From an uncultured Sphingomonas sp. (GTDB taxonomy: Bacteria > Pseudomonadota > Alphaproteobacteria > Sphingomonadales > Sphingomonadaceae): a stretch of DNA of 64,000 bases. A program made the translations under genes and the position numbers. The DNA lies in assembly GCF_913777325.1 (NCBI RefSeq), contig NZ_CAJYSA010000064.1. The stretch is one strand, 5' to 3'. Within the stretch, counting starts at the first letter, position 1, and the number at the start of each line of letters is the position of its first letter. Positions 33,345 to 45,855 of this stretch are shown here, in pieces. The notes under the pieces were generated by a model. It saw nothing but the letters and a program-made list of their open reading frames with translations, was not told the DNA's origin and ran no database searches.

Positions 33345-35051
33345 TCACTTCACGGTCGGTCGTGCGCGATGGAAGCGGATGATGCAGGTGTCGTAGGGCG
33401 CGACCGTCCAGCCCGAACCGCGCGCGCCGGAGGCGCACACGCGCGCGCCGAAGCCTGGCGCCGCTCCTGTCCACCCGCTGGGCGTCGCGGCGGCGGCGGT
33501 GGCGCCGGTATTGGCTAGCACGACCACCCCATCGCCATCGCCCGCCTGGCGCGCGAAGGCGAAGATCGCCGGGTTGCCGCTTTCGAGCGGGATGTAGCGA
33601 CCGTTGCGGAAGACGGGATCGGTCTTTCGCCACCCGATCAGCGTGCGATACCAGTTGAGCAGCGAAGCGGGGTCGCGCGCCTGCGCGTCGGCGTTGCTGA
33701 CGGTGTAGCGCGCATTGACCGGCAGCCACGGCGTGCCGGTGGAGAAGCCGGCCTGCGGCGCGGCGCTCCACTGCATCGGGGTGCGCGCACGGTCCCGCGC
33801 GTCGGCGCGGGGGCGGTTGGGGCCGAGCGGCACCCTGGCCAGCGTCGCGGCATCCATATCGCCCATCCCGATCTCCTCGCCGTAATAGAGCAGCGCGGTG
33901 CCGGGATTGAGCAGGGTGAGCGCGGCGGTCATCTTCGCGATGAGGTCGTTATGGGCGCCGTCGCCGAACTCGCTCCATTGCCGCGACTGATCGTGGTTGC
34001 TGAAGAATTCGACCGGGGTGAGCCCGTCCAGCTTCGTCGCGGCTTCGTCATAGCGGCGCTTGAAGGTGACGGCGTCCAGCTTGTCGATATTGCCGACCAG
34101 AAAGTTCATCGGCAGGTGGATCTCGTCCTTGTTCTTACCATAGACCGCGCGAAGCTGCTCGATGGAGCGGGTGGAGGACTCACCCAGCAGCACGGGATCG
34201 CCGGGATAGCGATCCACGATCGCGCGCATCTCGCGCAGCACCTGGTTCGTGCCGGGAAGCTGCGAATTGTACGGCTTCAACCACACTGGATCGCCGCCGT
34301 CGGGATTGGGATCCTGTGGCCAGTTCGGATCCTCGAACAGATAGGGCGTCGCATCGAGCCGGAAGCCGGCGGCGCCGTGATCCAGCCAGAAGCGCACGAC
34401 ATCGAACATCGCCTTGCGCAGCCCCGGATCGGCCCAGTTCAGGTCGGGCTGTTCGGGGAGGAAGATGTGATAATACCATTGCTTGCGCGTCTTGTCCCAC
34501 GTCCAGGCGGGGCCGCCGAAGATCGATTTCCAATTGGTGGGCGGCGTATCGGGCGTGCCGTCGCGCCAGACGTACCAATCGGCCTTCGGATTGGTGCGCG
34601 AACTGCGCGATTCCTTGAACCACGCATGTTCTGCGGAGCTGTGGTTGACGACCAGATCGACCAGCACGCGGATGCCGCGCTTCCTGCCCTCCGCGACCAG
34701 CCGGTCCCAGTCCGCCATCGTGCCATATTGCGGGGCGACGGCGGTATAGTCCGACACGTCGTACCCGAAATCGGCATTGGGCGAGGGGAAGAACGGCGTG
34801 ACCCAGATCGCGTCGACGCCCAGCGCCTTCAGATAATCGAGACGCGCGGTGATGCCGCGCAGGTCGCCGACGCCGTCGCCGTCTGTGTCCTGAAAGCTAC
34901 GCGGATAGATTTCATAGATGACGGCGTGTTTCCACCATGCAACATTTTCGGCCGGGACAGCAGCCGGCACCTGAGCAGTGACGCATTTTGGCAACACCGC
35001 GGTCGATGATAGCGCTATCGCGGACAAAATTCGCACCAAGCTCTTTCGCAT
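33345..35051 (-). CDS. GH13 alpha-glucosidase / oligo-1,6-glucosidase-like enzyme with a signal peptide
   Basis: AVIYEIYPRSFQDTDGDGVGDLRGITARLDYLKALGVDAIWVTPFFPSPNADFGYDVSDY is a classical GH13 N-terminus. The start could be 35051 or 35060. Confidence 0.9.
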   Translation of the reverse strand: MRKSLVRILSAIALSSTAVLPKCVTAQVPAAVPAENVAWWKHAVIYEIYPRSFQDTDGDGVGDLRGITARLDYLKALGVDAIWVTPFFPSPNADFGYDVSDYTAVAPQYGTMADWDRLVAEGRKRGIRVLVDLVVNHSSAEHAWFKESRSSRTNPKADWYVWRDGTPDTPPTNWKSIFGGPAWTWDKTRKQWYYHIFLPEQPDLNWADPGLRKAMFDVVRFWLDHGAAGFRLDATPYLFEDPNWPQDPNPDGGDPVWLKPYNSQLPGTNQVLREMRAIVDRYPGDPVLLGESSTRSIEQLRAVYGKNKDEIHLPMNFLVGNIDKLDAVTFKRRYDEAATKLDGLTPVEFFSNHDQSRQWSEFGDGAHNDLIAKMTAALTLLNPGTALLYYGEEIGMGDMDAATLARVPLGPNRPRADARDRARTPMQWSAAPQAGFSTGTPWLPVNARYTVSNADAQARDPASLLNWYRTLIGWRKTDPVFRNGRYIPLESGNPAIFAFARQAGDGDGVVVLANTGATAAAATPSGWTGAAPGFGARVCASGARGSGWTVAPYDTCIIRFHRARPTVK

Positions 35052-35207
35052 TGCCTGCATCCTCTCTAGGCGGCACCGGGCCACGTCGTTCCATCGAAAC
35101 GATAACGGCAAATTTGGCGATTGCAAACGATTGCGTAAGCCGCTACAGACTCAATCTACTTGACGCTACGGCAACAACGCCGGGCCTGTCACGGGGAGGG
35201 GAATTCC

Positions 35208-38078
35208 ATGATGACCACCACACGCCACTTGCTCGCTTGCTCGACCGCAGCCGTTGCGCTGCTCGCCAGCGGCACGGCGCTCGCCCAGACCAACGTCGTT
35301 CCCGAACCCGCGCCCGCGACCGATCCCGCCGTCGCGCCCTCGGTCGACCAGGACGCATCGGCCCCGCAGGATATCGTCGTGACCGGGCTGCGCGCCAGCC
35401 TGGAGCGCGCGCAGGCGATCAAGCGCAACAGCACCTCGGTCGTCGAGGCGGTCTCCGCCGAGGATATCGGCAAGCTGCCGCAGTCGAGCGTCGCCGACTC
35501 GTTGGGGCGCCTCGCCGGTCTGGCGGGGGAGCGCCGTTCGGGCCGTATCAGCGGCATTTCGGTGCGCGGCTTCCGCGAGGATTTCGTCGGCACGACGCTG
35601 AACGGGCGCGAGCTGATCGGCATCGGCGACAATCGCGGCGTCGAATATGATCTCTACCCGGCGGAAATCGTCGGCAGCGCGGTCGTCTACAAGACGCCCG
35701 ACGCCGGGCTGACCGCGATGGGCGTCGGCGGCACGGTCGACATCCGCACCGTCCGCCCGCTGGAGCGCAAGCGCGCGCTGATCGTCAACGGCAGTGTCGA
35801 GCAGAACGGCCAGCCGTCGCGCAACCCCGATTTCAGCAACCGCGGCTACCGCGTCGCGCTGTCGTTCAGCGACAAGTTCGCCAACGACACGATCGGCGTC
35901 GCGCTGACCGCCGCGACCACCTCGTCGCCGGTGCAGAACCAGTTCTCCAGCGTCTGGGGCTATGACAACGGCGCGATCACGACCGGCCCGAACGCGGGCA
36001 AGCAGGTGGTGTCGGGCTATGAGACGGCGGCGCGCTCGCGCGTGCTGAAGCGCAACACGATCGCGGGCGTGCTGCAATGGCGCCCCGAGGAGAAGTTCAC
36101 CGCCACCGTCGATGCGCTGTACATCGACTTCTCGGACAAGGGCATCTCGCGCGGCTTCATCGAGCAGCTGCCGGTCGCATCGGACGGCAGCGGCGTGCTG
36201 GGTTCGTCGGGCAACCTCGTCACGTCGGCGCGCACGACCGGGTATAATTCCGTGCTGCGCAGCGATCCGCTCGACAAGCAGGGCAAGCTGTTCGTCGTCG
36301 GCGGCAATTTCGATTATGCCGCGACCTCGAACCTCGACCTGACGCTCGACGTTTCGCATTCCGAGAGCAGCAAGAACGACACGCGTGGCGAGAGCTATTC
36401 GGGCCTCGGCCGCGCCGGCTTGAAGTCGCAGGGGCCGAACACGATCCGGCAGTGGAACTATACCGATCGCGGTCTGATGTTCTCGAACAGCAGTCAGTCG
36501 TTCGACAATTACGGCGTGGTGAAGCTGGCCGGGCCGCAATCATGGGGCGGCAGCCTGGCACCGATCACCGAGCTGGACACCGCCGCCGCGCGTGCGGCCG
36601 GGATCGGCTTCGCACAGGCGCAGGACGGCTTCGTCAACTCGGCGTTGTTCGACGAATTCCTGAACGCGGCGCGGCTGCAGGCCAATTATCGGTTCGACGA
36701 CAGCGTGCTGAAGTCGATCAGCGTCGCGCTGCGTTATTCGGATCACAAGAAGGCGAAGACCAACCAGGGCTTCTTCCTGACCGCGCAGACCTATCCGTCC
36801 GACGGCCCGGTTCCTGAGAGCGCGCGGCGCGGGGTCGCCGATCTCGGCTGGGCGGGGCTGGGCAATGTCGTCGCCTATGACGCGCTGGGGCTGATCAACA
36901 GCGACTTCTATCGCCGCTGGGATGCCGGCGCGCTGGAGCCGGATCGTCTGGGTGACACCTATGCGATCCGCGAGAAGGTGTGGCAGCCGTCGATCAAGGC
37001 CGACTTCGAGGTGACGACCGACGCGGTGCGCATGTTCGGTAACCTCGGCGTGCAGGCGTTGATCACCGACCAGCGCGGCACGGGCTTCACTTCGCTGGTC
37101 GGCCCGAACCTGCGCGTGCAGGCGACGCCGATCGCCGATGGGGCGAAGTATACGCGCGTCCTGCCGAGCCTGAACCTGAACTTCGACTTGGGCAATGGCC
37201 ACACGGTCCGGTTCGCCGCGTCGAAGGTGGTCAGCCGCCCGCGCATCGACTTCCTGAATCCGGGCTCGTCGGTCAAGTTCCGCAACAACGTGGCCGAAGT
37301 GACCAGCACCGATCCGGCGCGCGGGCCGTGGCTGTCGACCGGCGGCAACGCACGCCTGCGGCCGTATGAGGCCAACCAGCTCGACCTGTCCTACGAATTC
37401 TATTTCGCGCCGGACGGGTTCATTTCCGCCTCGGGCTTCTACAAGAAGCTGCTGAACTGGAACATCCAGAGCACCACGGTCCGCGATTACCGCCAGTTCT
37501 ATATCCCCGGTTACCACCAGGCGGTCAGCAGCGATGGGCAGACCATCTACACGCCGGCCACGTTCCTGGGCGTCGACACCACCTATCGCGGCGGCCTGCG
37601 CGGCGACGTGAAGGGCATCGAGCTCCAGGGTTCGTTCCCGCTGCGCATCCTGACCGGCGCGCTCGACGGGTTCGGCCTGACTGGCGCGGCGGCGCTGACC
37701 GATGGCGGGCTGGACAACGGGCAGGATATTCCCGGCCTGTCGGCGCGGGTGTTCCAGGGCACGGCCTATTTCGAGAAATACGGCTTCTCGGCCCGCGTGT
37801 CGGCCAACAATCGCTCGAAGTGGGTGTCGGAGGATCGCGCCGGCAGCAATACGCTCGGCGCGCTCAACCGCAGCGCGCAGACGCTGGTCGATGCGCAGAT
37901 CGGCTATGACTTCGCCGGCACCGACATCCGCTATCTGAACGGGCTGCGCGTGTCGTTGCAGGCGATGAACCTGACCAACGAGCGCGATACCTATTCGGAC
38001 GGCGATACCGGGCTGTTCCTGCGCAACGAGCAGTTCGGGCGCAACTTCATGCTCAACCTGACCTACGCGATCTTCTGA
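35208..38078 (+). CDS. TonB-dependent outer-membrane receptor
   Basis: There is a signal peptide. The plug region is DIVVTGLRASLERAQAIKRNSTSVVEAVSAEDIGKLP. The C-terminal barrel ends in ...NLTYAIF. Confidence 0.9.
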   Translation: MMTTTRHLLACSTAAVALLASGTALAQTNVVPEPAPATDPAVAPSVDQDASAPQDIVVTGLRASLERAQAIKRNSTSVVEAVSAEDIGKLPQSSVADSLGRLAGLAGERRSGRISGISVRGFREDFVGTTLNGRELIGIGDNRGVEYDLYPAEIVGSAVVYKTPDAGLTAMGVGGTVDIRTVRPLERKRALIVNGSVEQNGQPSRNPDFSNRGYRVALSFSDKFANDTIGVALTAATTSSPVQNQFSSVWGYDNGAITTGPNAGKQVVSGYETAARSRVLKRNTIAGVLQWRPEEKFTATVDALYIDFSDKGISRGFIEQLPVASDGSGVLGSSGNLVTSARTTGYNSVLRSDPLDKQGKLFVVGGNFDYAATSNLDLTLDVSHSESSKNDTRGESYSGLGRAGLKSQGPNTIRQWNYTDRGLMFSNSSQSFDNYGVVKLAGPQSWGGSLAPITELDTAAARAAGIGFAQAQDGFVNSALFDEFLNAARLQANYRFDDSVLKSISVALRYSDHKKAKTNQGFFLTAQTYPSDGPVPESARRGVADLGWAGLGNVVAYDALGLINSDFYRRWDAGALEPDRLGDTYAIREKVWQPSIKADFEVTTDAVRMFGNLGVQALITDQRGTGFTSLVGPNLRVQATPIADGAKYTRVLPSLNLNFDLGNGHTVRFAASKVVSRPRIDFLNPGSSVKFRNNVAEVTSTDPARGPWLSTGGNARLRPYEANQLDLSYEFYFAPDGFISASGFYKKLLNWNIQSTTVRDYRQFYIPGYHQAVSSDGQTIYTPATFLGVDTTYRGGLRGDVKGIELQGSFPLRILTGALDGFGLTGAAALTDGGLDNGQDIPGLSARVFQGTAYFEKYGFSARVSANNRSKWVSEDRAGSNTLGALNRSAQTLVDAQIGYDFAGTDIRYLNGLRVSLQAMNLTNERDTYSDGDTGLFLRNEQFGRNFMLNLTYAIF

Positions 38079-38092
38079 TCGGCACGGTGCGC

Positions 38093-38117
38093 GCCACCCC
38101 GGCATCGCCGGGGTGGC
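38093..38117 (+). terminator. Stem-loop after the TonB-dependent receptor gene (weak terminator or attenuator)
   Basis: GCCACCCCGG pairs with CCGGGGTGGC in a 10 bp stem with a 5 nt loop. There is no clear T-run. Confidence 0.35.
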
Positions 38118-38169
38118 CGCTTCGCGGCAGGGGTCGTAAGACCGGCGACCAACCGGAGGAAAAAGCCGC

Positions 38170-39666
38170 ATGTCAGCACCGATCGAGCGGGTCGTCATCG
38201 TCGGCGGCGGCACCGCGGGATGGATGACCGCGGCGTTGCTGGTCCGCGTGCTGGGCGACCAGATCGCGATCACGCTGGTCGAATCCGAGGAGATCGGGAT
38301 CATCGGCGTCGGCGAGGCGACGATCCCGCCGATCCAGCACGTCAACGCGACGCTCGGGATCGACGAGGCCGAATTCCTGCGCGAGACGAAGGCGACGATC
38401 AAGCTCGCGATCCGCTTCGACGATTGGGGCGCGATCGGCGAACGATACTTCCACACCTTCGGCGCGGCGGGGCGCAACACCGGCTTCTGCTCCTTCCACC
38501 ATTATTGGCGACGCGCGCGCGAGGCCGGGGTCGACCTGGATTACTGGGACTTCGACCTCAATTATCTGGCGGCGCGAGAGGGGCGCTTCGCCAAGCTGCG
38601 CGACGGCGATCCGGAATATGCGCTGCCGTACGCCTACCACTTCGATTCGGCGCTCTACGGCCAGTATCTGCGCCGCTACAGCGAACGGCGCGGCGTGCGG
38701 CGTATCGAGGGCATGATCGGGCGCGCGACACGCGACGCCGCAGGTGGCGACGTGACTACGCTGGTCCTGCGTGACGGACGCGAGATCGCGGGCGACCTGT
38801 TCATCGATTGTTCGGGCGCGCGTGGACTGTTGATCCAGCAGCAGTTGAACGTCGGTTACGAGGATTGGGGGCATTGGCTGCCGTGCGATCGCGCGCTGGC
38901 GGTGCCGTCGCGGCTGACCGGGCCGACCGACCCGTATACGCGGTCCACCGCGCATGCGGCGGGATGGCAGTGGCGAATCCCGTTGCAGCACCGCGTCGGC
39001 AACGGGATGGTCTATAGCAGCCGGCATTGCAGCGACGATGCGGCGGCAGCGCTGCTGCTGGGCGCGCTGGACGGCGAACCGCTGGCCGAGCCGCGCCCGA
39101 TCGCGTTCCGCACCGGGCGGGCGCGCCGGCAGTGGGATCGCAACGTCGTCGCGATCGGACTGTCGAGCGGTTTCCTCGAACCGCTGGAATCGACCAGCAT
39201 CTATCTGATCCAGTCGGCGATCGTCCGGTTGCTCCACCTGTTTCCCGGCGCGGGGATCGATCCGCGCACCGTCGCCGAATATAACCGCCAGTCGCAGGCC
39301 GAATATGAGACGGTACGCGACTTCATCATCCTGCATTACCATGCCACGCGACGTGACGATTCCGCATTCTGGCGCGACCTGCGCGCGATGGCGGTGCCCG
39401 AGCGGCTGGCGGCGAAGATCGCGCTGTTCCGCGCCACCGGCACGCTGTCGCAGGATGCGTTTGACATCTTCATGGAGCCGTCGTGGGTGCAGGTGCTGTT
39501 GGGGCAGGGGGTGATGCCGGCGGCGCACCATCCGCTGGCCGACGGCCCCACCGCGTCGGAGCTGGCGACGCAATTGCGTGATCTGGCCGCCGCACGGCGC
39601 GCGCCGGTCGCCGCGATGCCCGACCACGATGCGTTTCTCGCGGCATTCGGCGGCCGGGCCGCGTGA
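38170..39666 (+). CDS. Flavin-dependent tryptophan-halogenase-family protein 1
   Basis: VVIVGGGTAGW is the FAD GxGxxG motif. GWQWRIP is the WxWxIP motif. The conserved Lys context is ATIKLAIRF. Confidence 0.8.
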   Translation: MSAPIERVVIVGGGTAGWMTAALLVRVLGDQIAITLVESEEIGIIGVGEATIPPIQHVNATLGIDEAEFLRETKATIKLAIRFDDWGAIGERYFHTFGAAGRNTGFCSFHHYWRRAREAGVDLDYWDFDLNYLAAREGRFAKLRDGDPEYALPYAYHFDSALYGQYLRRYSERRGVRRIEGMIGRATRDAAGGDVTTLVLRDGREIAGDLFIDCSGARGLLIQQQLNVGYEDWGHWLPCDRALAVPSRLTGPTDPYTRSTAHAAGWQWRIPLQHRVGNGMVYSSRHCSDDAAAALLLGALDGEPLAEPRPIAFRTGRARRQWDRNVVAIGLSSGFLEPLESTSIYLIQSAIVRLLHLFPGAGIDPRTVAEYNRQSQAEYETVRDFIILHYHATRRDDSAFWRDLRAMAVPERLAAKIALFRATGTLSQDAFDIFMEPSWVQVLLGQGVMPAAHHPLADGPTASELATQLRDLAAARRAPVAAMPDHDAFLAAFGGRAA

Positions 39667-41132
39667 CCGCGCCGGCCCGGATCGCGATCCTCGGCGGCGG
39701 CAGCGCGGGCTGGATCACCGCCAACCTGCTGGCGCACGCCTGGCCGGGATCGATCATCACGCTGATCGAATCGCCGGAGATCGGGACGATCGGCGTCGGC
39801 GAAGGCTCGACCCCGACGCTCAAGCGCTTCTTCGAGGTGATCGGCATCGCCGAGCAGGAGTGGATGCCGCGCTGTCAGGCGACGTACAAGGTCGGCGTGC
39901 GCTTCGCCGGCTGGAGCCCGGTGGCGCCGTGGCATGCTTATCGCCATCCGTTCACCACGCAGATCGACGTGCATACCGAGGAAGCGTTCGTGCTGAACTG
40001 CCGCAACCGACGGCTGGGCCATGACGTGCCGGTGCAGCCCGATGCGTTCCTGCTGAACGGCGTGTTGGCGCGGCAGGGCAGCGCGCCGTTGCCCGCCCCC
40101 CATTTCCCGTTCGCGATCGAATATGGCTATCATTTCGATGCCGCGCTGCTCGGGGCGTTTCTGCGGGATACCGCGGTGTCACGGGGCGTCGTGCATCGGC
40201 AGGTACGCGTCGTGGCGGCGACGCGCGGCGCGGACGGCGACATCGACGCGCTGGTCACGGACGGGGACGAGCGGATCGCCGCCGATCTGTTCGTCGATTG
40301 CAGCGGCTTTGCGGGATTGCTGATCGAACGCACGCTGGACGTGCCGTTCGTCAGCTATCGCCAGCATCTGTTCAACGATGCGGCGGTGGTGGTGCAGACG
40401 CCGCTGGCGGGCGTCCCGGCGGTGGAGACGCTGTCGATCGCCCTGTCGGCGGGCTGGTGCTGGTCGATCCCGCTGCGGCAGCGGATCGGACATGGCTATG
40501 TCTACGCCAGCGATTTCCTGTCCCCCGATGCCGCCGAGCGTGAATTGCGGGCGGCGTCGGGCTGTGGTGAGCAGGCGACCTTGCGCCACCTGCGATTCCG
40601 CACCGGCCGGATGGCGCGGCATTGGGAGCGCAATTGCCTGGCGGTCGGGCTGGCGCAGGGCTTCATCGAGCCGCTGGAGGCGACCGCGCTGCACCTGGTG
40701 CTCAACACGGTCGAACTGTTCATCGGCCACTACGCGCGCGGGGATCGTGCGGCGTTCAACGAGGCGGTGTCGGCGCGGTTCGACGGCGTGCGCGACTATA
40801 TCGTGGCGCATTACAAGCTGACGACGCGCGACGACAGCGATTACTGGCGCAGCAACGCCGCGAACGACGATTTGCCCGATGCGCTGCTGCACATCCTCGA
40901 TACATGGTTCCGGCGCGGCGACCTGACCGAGGCGCTCCGGCAGGTGGGCGAGCGCGCGCATTTCGGCAGCGTGTCGTGGCATTGCCTGCTGGCGGGATAT
41001 GGCACCTTTCCGCCGGCGAACCAGCCGCGCCGCGACGATGTCGACTTCCACGCGGCGCGGGGAATAGCGACGTTCCTGGACGGTTGCGGGCGCAACTTCC
41101 CGACGCACGCCGCGGCATTGGGGATGGCGTGA
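39663..41132 (+). CDS. Flavin-dependent tryptophan-halogenase-family protein 2
   Basis: It overlaps gene 1 by GTGA. IAILGGGSAGW, GWCWSIP and ATYKVGVRF are present. Confidence 0.8.
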   Translation: MTAPARIAILGGGSAGWITANLLAHAWPGSIITLIESPEIGTIGVGEGSTPTLKRFFEVIGIAEQEWMPRCQATYKVGVRFAGWSPVAPWHAYRHPFTTQIDVHTEEAFVLNCRNRRLGHDVPVQPDAFLLNGVLARQGSAPLPAPHFPFAIEYGYHFDAALLGAFLRDTAVSRGVVHRQVRVVAATRGADGDIDALVTDGDERIAADLFVDCSGFAGLLIERTLDVPFVSYRQHLFNDAAVVVQTPLAGVPAVETLSIALSAGWCWSIPLRQRIGHGYVYASDFLSPDAAERELRAASGCGEQATLRHLRFRTGRMARHWERNCLAVGLAQGFIEPLEATALHLVLNTVELFIGHYARGDRAAFNEAVSARFDGVRDYIVAHYKLTTRDDSDYWRSNAANDDLPDALLHILDTWFRRGDLTEALRQVGERAHFGSVSWHCLLAGYGTFPPANQPRRDDVDFHAARGIATFLDGCGRNFPTHAAALGMA

Positions 41133-41213
41133 GCGGAGGCGACCTGGTGCATGCTTCAGCGCCGACGCGTGTGGCGTAACCGTGATCGTTGCTGGTAAGG
41201 AAGCGATAGAAGC

Positions 41214-41290
<77 letters not shown>

Positions 41291-41352
41291 CGGTTGGGTC
41301 CGCCTAGCAGGGGTTGGCGGGTCGCGCTACCCGTTTTGCGCGCGAAAAATCG

Positions 41353-41724
41353 TCATGGGGCGGGCGTGATCGGCTGAAAGGGCGCGAGGCCGCAGGTGGC
41401 GCCCCGCATCGGGCCGCTGACATAGAGCACGGTGATCAGATCCTGCGCGCATAATTGCCCGATCGAGGTCGCATAGCCGAAGCGACGCTCGGTGCCGAGC
41501 CCGGGGCAGGCGTGGGGCAGGGTGACCCGATAGGTGCGGCGCCCGGTGGTCCGGAAATCGATCACGCGGTCACTGCGAACAGCGGTCTCCGTGATCGACG
41601 CCAGCGGCAGGCACGTGCGCGGCGGCCCGGTCGGCGAGGCGGGTGGCACCTGGGCGATGCGATCACGCGCCAGCGCCGGCGCGGTCATCGTCAAGAAGGC
41701 GGCGACGAACAGCCGGCGCATCAT
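41353..41724 (-). CDS. Small secreted hypothetical protein (123 aa)
   Basis: Only the C-terminal 123 aa of track ORF 41353..42405 look real. The signal peptide is [19 protein letters not shown]. Its ATG overlaps the nth stop (ATGA). Confidence 0.6.
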   Translation of the reverse strand: MMRRLFVAAFLTMTAPALARDRIAQVPPASPTGPPRTCLPLASITETAVRSDRVIDFRTTGRRTYRVTLPHACPGLGTERRFGYATSIGQLCAQDLITVLYVSGPMRGATCGLAPFQPITPAP

Positions 41725-42380
41725 GCTTCCTTTATGCGGGCGGCTGGCGCCGGCGTCTTCGGCTTGAACGCGCACAGGTCCGCAACGATGCAGCGCCAGC
41801 ATTCCGGTCGCCGCGCCTTGCAGACATAGCGGCCATGCAGGATCAGCCAGTGGTGCGCGTGAACGCGAAACGGCGCGGGGGTGGCGGCATCGAGCCGCTT
41901 CTCGACCGCCAGCACCGTCTTGCCCTTCGCAAGACCTGTGCGGTTGCCGACGCGGAAGATGTGGGTGTCGACCGCGAACGTCTCCGCGCCGAAGGCGACG
42001 TTCATCACCACATTGGCGGTCTTGCGCCCGACACCGGGCAGCTTCTCCAGCGCCTCGCGGCTGGTGGGCACCGCGCCGCCATGCTCGGCCACCAGCGCCT
42101 CCGACAGGGCGATGACGTTCTTGGCCTTGGTGTTGAACAGCCCGATCGTGCGGATATGCTGCTTCAGCCCGTCCAGCCCGAGCGCGACCATCTTTTCTGG
42201 GGTGTCGACGGTGGCGAACAATGCGCGCGTCGCCTTGTTGACCCCGGCGTCGGTGGCCTGCGCGGACAGCACCACCGCGACCAGCAAGGTGTAGTCGTTG
42301 ACCGATTCCAGTTCGGTTTCGGGATGCGGATTGGCGTCGGCCAGCCGCCGGTAGAATTCGAAGACGTCGGCCTTCTTCAA
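41721..42380 (-). CDS. nth: Endonuclease III
   Basis: LLVAVVLSAQATDAGVNKAT is the HhH region, and the Fe-S cluster motif CKARRPECWRCIVADLC is present. The probable TTG start at 42380 overlaps the dapB stop. Confidence 0.9.
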   Translation of the reverse strand: MKKADVFEFYRRLADANPHPETELESVNDYTLLVAVVLSAQATDAGVNKATRALFATVDTPEKMVALGLDGLKQHIRTIGLFNTKAKNVIALSEALVAEHGGAVPTSREALEKLPGVGRKTANVVMNVAFGAETFAVDTHIFRVGNRTGLAKGKTVLAVEKRLDAATPAPFRVHAHHWLILHGRYVCKARRPECWRCIVADLCAFKPKTPAPAARIKEA

Positions 42381-43105
42381 AGCCCGAGCACCTCGGCCAT
42401 CGCATAGCGGCCCGGCGCGCGGCCCGCGAGCCACAGCGCGGCCTTCACCGCGCCGCGTGCGAAGATGCTGCGATCGTCGGCGCGGTGGCCGATCTCGATC
42501 CGCTCGCCTTCCCCTGCGAACACGACCATATGGTCGCCGACGACCGAGCCGCCACGCAGCGAGGCGAAGCCGACCGTTCCCTCGCTGCGTGCGCCGACCA
42601 GCCCGGCGCGGCTGTCGACCCGCACCTCTGCCAGCCGTGTCCCGCGCCCCGCCGCCGCCGCCTCGCCCAGCAGCAGCGCGGTGCCCGAGGGGGCATCGAC
42701 CTTGTGGCGATGGTGCATCTCGGTGATCTCGATATCCCAGTCGGCGCCCAGCCGCGCCGCCGCCTCGCGCACCAGCACGCCCAGCAAGGTGACGCCGAGC
42801 GAGGTATTGCCGGTCTGCAGCACCGCGATCGTTTCGGACGCGCGCTCGATCAGCGCCTGATGTGTGGCGAGCAGCCCGGTGGTGCCGATGACGATCGGCG
42901 TGCGGGCCGCAACCGCGGCGGCGAGATGCGATTCGAGCGCGGCGGGGGTCGAGAAATCGACCAGCACGTCGGCGGCATGCGCGATCGGGAGCGGATCGCT
43001 GCCGGCATCCGCGCCGCCGGCCACGCCGACGCCCTCACCGGCGGCGATCGTGGCGATGGCGCGGCCCATGCGCCCGTTGCTGCCGTAGATACCGATGCTG
43101 GTCAT
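42377..43105 (-). CDS. dapB: 4-hydroxy-tetrahydrodipicolinate reductase
   Basis: IGIYGSNGRMGRAI is the nucleotide-binding N-terminus. EITEMHHRHKVDAPSGTA is the DapB signature. Confidence 0.9.
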   Translation of the reverse strand: MTSIGIYGSNGRMGRAIATIAAGEGVGVAGGADAGSDPLPIAHAADVLVDFSTPAALESHLAAAVAARTPIVIGTTGLLATHQALIERASETIAVLQTGNTSLGVTLLGVLVREAAARLGADWDIEITEMHHRHKVDAPSGTALLLGEAAAAGRGTRLAEVRVDSRAGLVGARSEGTVGFASLRGGSVVGDHMVVFAGEGERIEIGHRADDRSIFARGAVKAALWLAGRAPGRYAMAEVLGL

Positions 43106-43154
43106 GCGCGGTCACTTTGCTCAACGAATGGTCAGACAAGCGGCGTCCATCGCA

Positions 43155-43184
43155 TGAAGCCCCCCGCGCGAACAGGGGGCTTCA
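43155..43184 (-). terminator. Stem-loop directly after clpB
   Basis: TGAAGCCCCC pairs with GGGGGCTTCA in a 10 bp inverted repeat. There is no strong T-run on the minus strand. Confidence 0.35.
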
Positions 43185-43190
43185 CCCACG

Positions 43191-45770
<2,580 letters not shown>

Positions 45771-45796
45771 CTGTCAGCCCCGTATGTCTTGGCTGT

Positions 45797-45825
45797 CAGA
45801 TGGTGTTGCTTAATGGCAACACAAG
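45797..45825 (-). promoter_or_regulatory. Possible RpoH (sigma-32)-type promoter of clpB
   Basis: The minus strand reads CTTG-N18-CCATCTG about 25 nt upstream of the clpB ATG. Confidence 0.3.
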
Positions 45826-45855
45826 GGGTTGGGCGGCGATGGCCGCGCAACGCCG

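Noticed and set aside
41353-42405. 350 aa track ORF overlapping nth
   Set aside because: Only the last 123 codons (signal peptide onward, 41353..41724) look genuine. The upstream part is an alternative frame of the endonuclease III gene.
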